In this document: in pieces, positions 58,206 to 64,000 of the stretch
How positions within the stretch are numbered: position 1 is the stretch's first letter
How the letters are laid out: the number at the start of each line of letters is the position of its first letter
NCBI GenBank assembly: GCA_044221725.1
Contig: JBGAON010000003.1
Coordinates: 416,001-480,000 of the forward strand
Reading direction: 5' to 3'
Source: Elusimicrobiota bacterium
Lineage (GTDB): Bacteria; Elusimicrobiota; Elusimicrobia; F11
DNA length: 64,000 bases
The notes under the pieces: model-generated
What the model was told of the DNA's origin: nothing
The model's input: only the letters and a program-made list of their open reading frames with translations
Database searches by the model: none
Translations under genes and position numbers: made by a program

Positions 58206-59378
58206 ATATTTATTCTTTTGATGTGTCGCACCGGTTTTTCGCAAGTTAGCTTGGGTATCGACGAGTTGGAGAAAAGCAATTTCAAAGAGCTCCAGGGCCG
58301 GCGTGTTGCGCTGATCACAAATCAGACGGGCATCGACCGGGATGGTGATTCCACTGTTGATCTGTTGTTGCACGCTCCGAAAGTCACACTCGTTTGCATT
58401 CTTACTCCGGAGCACGGATTTCGCGGTGTTGATGAACACGGCAAAGCCATTTCTGATTCGATAGACCCGGTTACGCATCTGCCGGTTTACAGTTTGTACG
58501 GCGATACGACACGGCCCACAGAGAAGATGCTGAAAGGAGTCAACACGGTCGTGTTTGATATCCAAGATGTCGGTACGCGGTTTTATACGTACGTCACCAC
58601 CATGGCCATGGCGATGGAAGAAGCCGCCAAACGAAAGTTGCGATTTGTTGTGTTGGATCGACCGAATCCTGTCCGCGGCGATATTGTCGACGGAGATATT
58701 TTGGACCGCGACATTAAGCGTATGACCGGTTACTATCCAATTCCGGTCCGCCATGGCTTAACGATTGGCGAGCTCGCAAAGTGGTTCAACGAAACGGAGA
58801 AGATCAAATCCGATCTCGTGGTGATTCCAATGAAGCAATGGCCGCGCGATCAATGGTTTGATCAAACGGGTCTGTTGTTTGTTAATCCCTCTCCCAACAT
58901 TCGTTCGACCACCGAAGCGGTTCTCTACTCCGGTATAGGATGTTTTGAGGCGAGCAACATCGCCGTTGGACGCGGCACGGACACGCCGTTCGAAATTTTT
59001 GGAGCACCGTGGATCAAAGGGAAAGCGCTGACGACAATGCTGCGTGAAAAGAATTTCCCTGGCGCGCTGTTTGAACCGGTCACCTTCACACCAGAAAAAG
59101 ATATTTACGCCGGCGAAAAATGCGAAGGGACGCGTATCATTGTAACGGATCGCGAACGGATTCGGCCGTACCGCATTTTTGTGGCCGCGTTTCTGTATCT
59201 GCATGAGATGTTCCCGAAAGATTTTAAACCGGACTGGGAGGAGGTACGCGTCGTCACGGGTTCGAACAAATTAAAAGACGTGGCCGAGAATCGATTGTCC
59301 GTGGACGAATATTTCCGTTCGATCGACGATGCGATACGATTGTTTCGCGAACAAATTTCTGCTTTTTATCTTTACTAA
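58200..59378 (+). CDS. namZ: Exo-beta-N-acetylmuramidase NamZ (DUF1343)
   Basis: LITNQTG, PEHGFRG, SLYG, FDIQDVGTRFYTY, LDRPNP, RHGLTIGELA, PSPN, GRGT. Confidence 0.9.
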   Translation: MTIFILLMCRTGFSQVSLGIDELEKSNFKELQGRRVALITNQTGIDRDGDSTVDLLLHAPKVTLVCILTPEHGFRGVDEHGKAISDSIDPVTHLPVYSLYGDTTRPTEKMLKGVNTVVFDIQDVGTRFYTYVTTMAMAMEEAAKRKLRFVVLDRPNPVRGDIVDGDILDRDIKRMTGYYPIPVRHGLTIGELAKWFNETEKIKSDLVVIPMKQWPRDQWFDQTGLLFVNPSPNIRSTTEAVLYSGIGCFEASNIAVGRGTDTPFEIFGAPWIKGKALTTMLREKNFPGALFEPVTFTPEKDIYAGEKCEGTRIIVTDRERIRPYRIFVAAFLYLHEMFPKDFKPDWEEVRVVTGSNKLKDVAENRLSVDEYFRSIDDAIRLFREQISAFYLY

Positions 59379-59435
59379 TATCAACGCTGCGCCGACGATC
59401 AGAATCACAATCGGCGAAACCCAAGGAGGATTGTA

Positions 59436-60203
59436 ATGTTTCATTCACGTCGCAGAGCCGTTTCGTTTGCAGCCGCCATCGTTCTCACTTTTTCGTTGGC
59501 ACCAAACGCCGCTGAAACGCTCGTTATTTCCCCCACCACTTTCGATTTCGGCTGGAGCCCCGATAACGCAAAAATAAGTGCCGAATTCACAATTAAGAAC
59601 ACCGGCGTGGCGGCCATTCCCATCAATTCTGTTCAACCAACCTGTGGTTGCACGGTCCCCCAATTTACGCCGGGCACATTGGCCACAAACGAGGAAACGA
59701 AAGCGACATTAACGTTCAACACGCGCGGTTACGCTGGTTCCTCATTCCACAAAAGCGCGAAAGTGAAAACCGATTCTGAAAATTCCGAATACAGCGTGCT
59801 CATGACCGGTTATGTTCTTGATCCGAACGCGAAAGTTGTTCCCGATCAGAATGGCACCGCCGGTTTTGAGCCCGGTTCAAAAGAAAAAAAGAAGACGATC
59901 AAAATCCAAAACAAAAGCGATAAAGACGTTACTCTTTCAGTGGTCCAATCCCCAGCGTCGTGGGCGACCGCCAAATTGCAGGCGGCGAGTGTGAAAGCCG
60001 GAGCGTCTATCAATCTCGAGATTTCCGCCGAAGGTCCGTACGATCAAACAAAAGAAACGTCCGTCACTTATGAAGTCGCGGGCTTGGATCAACCGGCGCG
60101 TTTCACCGTGGCGATTCGAACCGGTACGCCGCCCACACCGGTTCGGGCGGTGGTGCCACCAGCGCCCGCCGCTTCTCCGAAAGCCTCTCCCGTCAAGAAA
60201 TAA
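59436..60203 (+). CDS. DUF1573-domain secreted protein
   Basis: Signal peptide; FDFG..FTIKNTG..PTCGCT. Confidence 0.85.
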   Translation: MFHSRRRAVSFAAAIVLTFSLAPNAAETLVISPTTFDFGWSPDNAKISAEFTIKNTGVAAIPINSVQPTCGCTVPQFTPGTLATNEETKATLTFNTRGYAGSSFHKSAKVKTDSENSEYSVLMTGYVLDPNAKVVPDQNGTAGFEPGSKEKKKTIKIQNKSDKDVTLSVVQSPASWATAKLQAASVKAGASINLEISAEGPYDQTKETSVTYEVAGLDQPARFTVAIRTGTPPTPVRAVVPPAPAASPKASPVKK

Positions 60204-60226
60204 AGGCGGCGCCCGGCCGATCGAGT

Positions 60227-60706
60227 ATGTTCAAGCAAGCGATACTTATTGTTGGATTTGCTTTGCCCCTGGCTACTGTGCGGCAATTTTTTCCGCATGG
60301 TATCGCATGGAATGGTCGTTGGCCGACGTCGTCCACCTCGGCTGAAGAGGCGTATCAAATGATGGCCCGCCCAACCGATCCGGCGTTTGTGTCGCTTGCG
60401 GAGGCCATCGAGATTCAAGAATCAAAAAAGGCCACGCTCATTGATGCGCGCTCGGCCGAGGAATACAAGGCAGGGCGCATTCCGAACAGCCGCAGCCTTC
60501 CTTATTACGAGATGGATGCGAAACAAGCGGAGGCGCTGAAAGATCTCGAAAAAAATTCTCCGCTGGTCATTTACTGCGAAGGAGTTGGTTGCGAGTTAAG
60601 CTTTTTTTTGGGACGCGAATTGCAAGCGCAGGGATATTCAAATATCCGCATTTTCTACGGTGGTTATCCAGAGTGGCAGCAAGCGGGACTCCCCATTGAA
60701 AAATAA
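60227..60706 (+). CDS. Rhodanese-like protein
   Basis: IDARSAEEY..GRIP, VIYC, FYGGYPEW. Confidence 0.88.
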   Translation: MFKQAILIVGFALPLATVRQFFPHGIAWNGRWPTSSTSAEEAYQMMARPTDPAFVSLAEAIEIQESKKATLIDARSAEEYKAGRIPNSRSLPYYEMDAKQAEALKDLEKNSPLVIYCEGVGCELSFFLGRELQAQGYSNIRIFYGGYPEWQQAGLPIEK

Positions 60707-61118
60707 ACTTCAATTAATTTTCAGGATTGGCCTCGGAATTTTGTTCATCGCGGCCAGCTATTACAAAATCGTTTCCCCGGGCGCGTTCGCGCATCAAATC
60801 TACAACTACAAGATTCTCCCTCCGTGGACGATCAACCCGTTGGCGATTCTTTTGCCGTGGGTGCAACTGCTGTGCGGCGTGGCGCTCCTGACAAACACGT
60901 TCACAAAGGGAGCGAGCGTATTAATTGTGATGATGCTTGCTGTGTTTCAAATTGCGCTCGCCTCGGCGCTGCTGCGAGGTTTAAACATTTCCTGTGGTTG
61001 TTTCAAAAGCGGCGGAAGCGCCGCGACATGGTGGACGTTTGCGCGGGACACAGGACTGTTGGCTTTGGCTATTTTAAATTTGGGAATTCAAAAACGTGGA
61101 ATTAAACGACTGTCCTAA
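60696..61118 (+). CDS. MauE/DoxX-family membrane protein
   Basis: RIGLGILFIAASYYKI, LPWVQL, RGLNISCGCF. Confidence 0.85.
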   Translation: MKNKLQLIFRIGLGILFIAASYYKIVSPGAFAHQIYNYKILPPWTINPLAILLPWVQLLCGVALLTNTFTKGASVLIVMMLAVFQIALASALLRGLNISCGCFKSGGSAATWWTFARDTGLLALAILNLGIQKRGIKRLS

Positions 61119-61308
61119 AAACGTGCGCCGGTTTTTGCTCGAACACTGGACCAAGAACGAATTGGATGATCAAATGCGCGATCCCGAATATTTTATCGAT
61201 CAGGTTGTGATTCCGCGGTTGGATTACTTGCGGCGCCAAGGAGAAGATGTGCCGCGTGTCCGGCTTAAGCGATCGCCAACCGGCGAGTTTTCGCTGCTGC
61301 TGACCTAA
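61096..61308 (+). CDS. Small hypothetical protein
   Basis: 70-aa ORF filling the gap to the convergent aminotransferase. Confidence 0.45.
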   Translation: MELNDCPKNVRRFLLEHWTKNELDDQMRDPEYFIDQVVIPRLDYLRRQGEDVPRVRLKRSPTGEFSLLLT

Positions 61309-62489
61309 AGAAACTTCCGAATAACGTTGCCGAGTTTTTTGATGCCGGTGTTGATCGCCTCGTCCGTCGAATTCGTGAAATTCAGCCGCATGGTGTTCTC
61401 TCCGCCGCCGTTCGCGTAAAAAACGCTTCCATCCACAAACGCCACGCCGTCGGCAATTGCTTTCTTAAACACATCCTTGGCCTTGATTCCTTTTGGCAAG
61501 GTGCACCAAAAAAACATTCCGCCTTCCGGCTCAACGTATTCCACTTCGGGTGGAAAGTGCGTCTCGATCGCTTTCGCCATCACTTGCGCGCGGCGCGCGT
61601 AGTCTTTGATGATCAACGGTAAATGTTTTTCGAGAAAACCGTGTTTGCAGTAGTGGTACACCGCGTATTGAATTAGCGTGTTGGTCTGCAAATCCGTTGG
61701 TTGTTTGGCGAGCACCAACTGATCGATAAGCTTTTTTTCTGCGAGCACGTAACCCAAACGGATTCCAGGCGACAACAATTTTGAAAACGTGGACATGTAC
61801 ACCACGCCCTTGCCTTTCGCAAGCGCGTACAGCGAGGGCACGACGTCGCCTTTGAAACGTAGAAGGCCGTACGGGTCATCTTCGATAATTGGCACGCCGA
61901 ATTTATCCGCGAGTTTTAACAGCGCATGTCGCCGATGCAGCGTCATTGTGATTCCCGCCGGGTTTTGAAACGTCGGCACCACATAGATAAATCGAACGTT
62001 CGGATTCTTCTTAAGCGCCGCTTCGAGCGCTTCGGGTTTCATTCCGTGGTCGTCGATCGGCACCGTGACGTATTTGCACTCGAACGTGTTGAACGATTGA
62101 ATCGCGCCGAGATAGGTTGGGTCTTCGACGAGCACCGCGTCGCCGCTATTGATGAAAATTTTTCCGAGCAATTCGAGCGCTTGCTGCGAGCCGTGTGTGA
62201 GCAACATTTGTTCGGGCGTCCCTTTGATTCCCTGCTTGCTTAGCCAATCGCACAGATACTGTTTGAGCGGACGCAGTCCCTCGGTTACCGTGTATTGCAG
62301 CGCTTTGGTGCCATCCTGACGCAGCGTCTCTCGTAGCGCAAGTTCAAATTTCTTTAATGGAAATGTTTCGGGTGCCGGAAGTCCGCCCGCGAACGAAATA
62401 ATTCCTGGTTTCGAGGAAACCTTGAGAATTTCGCGGATGATGGACGCGCGCATGCGCTTCGTTCGACGAGCAAAGGAATAGTGAACCAT
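61305..62489 (-). CDS. PLP-dependent aminotransferase, class I (LysN/ARO8-like)
   Basis: ISFAGGLP, GSQQAL, PTFQNPAG, IIEDDPY, TFSKLLSPGIRLG, PEGGMF. Confidence 0.93.
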   Translation of the reverse strand: MVHYSFARRTKRMRASIIREILKVSSKPGIISFAGGLPAPETFPLKKFELALRETLRQDGTKALQYTVTEGLRPLKQYLCDWLSKQGIKGTPEQMLLTHGSQQALELLGKIFINSGDAVLVEDPTYLGAIQSFNTFECKYVTVPIDDHGMKPEALEAALKKNPNVRFIYVVPTFQNPAGITMTLHRRHALLKLADKFGVPIIEDDPYGLLRFKGDVVPSLYALAKGKGVVYMSTFSKLLSPGIRLGYVLAEKKLIDQLVLAKQPTDLQTNTLIQYAVYHYCKHGFLEKHLPLIIKDYARRAQVMAKAIETHFPPEVEYVEPEGGMFFWCTLPKGIKAKDVFKKAIADGVAFVDGSVFYANGGGENTMRLNFTNSTDEAINTGIKKLGNVIRKFL

Positions 62490-62511
62490 AGGGGCGGGAT
62501 GATACGAAATC

Positions 62512-62594
62512 CGTCACCCTGGAATGTCTCTATCCAAGGGTCCATTTTACCGATGGTTTCATTGGATCCTGGCTAACGACATGCCAGGACGACG
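62512..62594. repeat. Inverted pair of CGTC-type REPs
   Basis: CGTC-ACCCTGGA..TCCAAGGGT-CCA (62512-62544) and TGG-ATCCTGGC..GCCAGGAC-GACG (62563-62594). Confidence 0.65.
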
Positions 62595-62612
62595 ACAGTA
62601 AGGGCGACGGTA

Positions 62613-63557
62613 CTATTTTGAATTCATTACGAGCCGCAGCACTTCACCGCGGTCGGTCGCTTTGTCCAGCTTGTGGCGAATGTCCACGGCCGGCATGTTC
62701 GTCGCGTCAGAAATCGAATTCACGGCCGCTTGACGACGATCTTCGGCGAGCGTTGAATTCGGGCTGTTCGCGTAAACTTCCACGGTGAGCGGCTTGTTGG
62801 AATTTTCACGAATCACATCGATGGCGCGTGCCCAAAGGCCGTCCATGACCGGACGAAATGTGGCGTTGTCGTCTTGAAACAATCGCTTCGCGGCAAATTC
62901 AACCACGAGTTTTCCTTTCTGGTTGTACATGAGAGCGTCCAATTGGAAAGGTTCGCCCGGGAACGTGTTGGCATTCTCGTGTTCATCGTAGGTTACAAAC
63001 TGGTACGAGTAGAGCGTACCGACCGTTATGTACTGGCCGCGTTCATTAAGCCCGTTCCAATCAATTTGGCGCGGCGGAACGCCTTTGCCTTGAATGAGCT
63101 TTACCACCTCGCCATTTTGATCGGAGACGCGGAATTCCCAGCGTTTCGAAGCTACTTTCGAAAGCCCCGGATAAAACGTGACAAGTGGTGGTTCCGGAAT
63201 GAGCGGCAACGACGGCCGCAACACTTGATTCGAATTCAGCACACCGTAATTTTCAAAGTCTTCTTTGCTTGGGATTGGTTTTGCTTCTTGCAAAACTTTG
63301 TCCGTTTGCGCGGTGCCGCTTTCGATGATGTCTTTGACGTCCAATTCAATCGTCGGCGGTGGTTTCTGAATATCCAGCTGTTCTTTCACTTGCCCTTTCA
63401 CTGTTTCTGAGAGCGGCTCGGATCCCATCGTTTCTTTTTGTCCGCCACCCCCACTGTTCGTGGCCGCGGTGGCCTGAGTCTCTTCTTCGGCGTACGAGGG
63501 CTGAATCACGACAGCCGCGACAAACAGAAAATTCAAAAGAGAATATAAACGTTTCAT
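62613..63557 (-). CDS. Secreted protein with an FlgD-Ig-like domain and a possible degenerate OmpA-like C-terminus
   Basis: Signal peptide; WEFRVSDQNGEVVK..IDWNGLNERG..YSYQF. Confidence 0.6.
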   Translation of the reverse strand: MKRLYSLLNFLFVAAVVIQPSYAEEETQATAATNSGGGGQKETMGSEPLSETVKGQVKEQLDIQKPPPTIELDVKDIIESGTAQTDKVLQEAKPIPSKEDFENYGVLNSNQVLRPSLPLIPEPPLVTFYPGLSKVASKRWEFRVSDQNGEVVKLIQGKGVPPRQIDWNGLNERGQYITVGTLYSYQFVTYDEHENANTFPGEPFQLDALMYNQKGKLVVEFAAKRLFQDDNATFRPVMDGLWARAIDVIRENSNKPLTVEVYANSPNSTLAEDRRQAAVNSISDATNMPAVDIRHKLDKATDRGEVLRLVMNSK

Positions 63558-63560
63558 AAA

Positions 63561-64000
63561 TTAAACTCCTCTAAACACAAACGTGACCACACCTTCTTGA
63601 ATTTCGTTCGAGCGGCCCGCCGGTAGTCGACTGAAAATCCATTGTTGCAGAGAGCTGATCACCTTTTGATCGAACGTCGGACTTCCCGACGACACTTCGA
63701 CAATGATGCCATCCAAAACATTTCCGTTGGCGTTCACGCGAAAACGCAACGCGACACGGCAATCGATTTCGTAACGTGCAAAAGATTTTTGGACAATCGG
63801 TCGATTCGCAAGAGCACCGGTGATATTGAATCGCCCATCGCTGACCGACTTCATTCCCGCGGGTTGGGACTCACTAACCGTGTTGCGCGGCAGCGTTGAC
63901 ATTTGGGTGCCGGTCCCGCCGAAACCGGAACCGCCGCCGTAACTCCTGCCTCCTCCGCCACTTCCAAATCCGCTTCCGCTCGAATGACCGGAGCCCGTTC
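63561..64000 (-). CDS. TonB-family protein C-terminus with Gly-rich linker (runs off window)
   Basis: Frame is open to the window edge (TGSGHSSGSGFG..); LRFRVNANGNV..VSSGSPTFDQ..QWIF..GVVTFVF. Confidence 0.8.
   Translation of the reverse strand, partial: TGSGHSSGSGFGSGGGGRSYGGGSGFGGTGTQMSTLPRNTVSESQPAGMKSVSDGRFNITGALANRPIVQKSFARYEIDCRVALRFRVNANGNVLDGIIVEVSSGSPTFDQKVISSLQQWIFSRLPAGRSNEIQEGVVTFVFRGV

Overview
Bacterial chromosomal window from a diderm organism (TonB-dependent receptor, TolC); the gene styles tentatively suggest Elusimicrobiota, which is inference only. Left part: end of iscS, then iscU, mnmA, a DAO-family oxidase, a glycoside hydrolase and a GT-C/PA14 protein. These are followed by an accessory tract: TonB receptor-YfiR-histidine kinase, DoxX, CLC-F fluoride exporter, GAF kinase, the mobile mystery A/B pair and IS481-like end remnants. 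Centre: an AT-richer, capsid-less integrative element of about 11.8 kb (15552-27400) inserted in tRNA-Pro(GGG). It is bounded by a 47-bp direct repeat whose only two mismatches form a compensatory T-stem pair. It carries a tyrosine integrase, excisionase, phage-type rep/DnaB/CHC2 replication genes (the CHC2 gene is broken by an in-frame TGA), a serine resolvase and RHH and XRE regulators. Two candidate defence genes sit between the integrase and the att site: a HEPN-motif protein and a PD-(D/E)XK nuclease with 8 zinc-ribbon repeats. The most unusual signal is a tandem 11-bp repeat pair (putative integrase arm sites) found at both element ends and again, progressively decayed, just before each of those two cargo genes. 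This suggests stepwise cassette-like cargo capture next to att. Right part: RND/TolC without an adaptor, ppsA, GGDEF, D-LDH, USP, P-type ATPase, miaA-hflX-pgsA-plsY-gpsA-HU-merR, tldD/E, trpS, a peptidoglycan-recycling cluster, and dispersed CGTC-type REP palindromes, one of them in-frame inside hflX. All family assignments come from motif recognition by eye, not from database searches.
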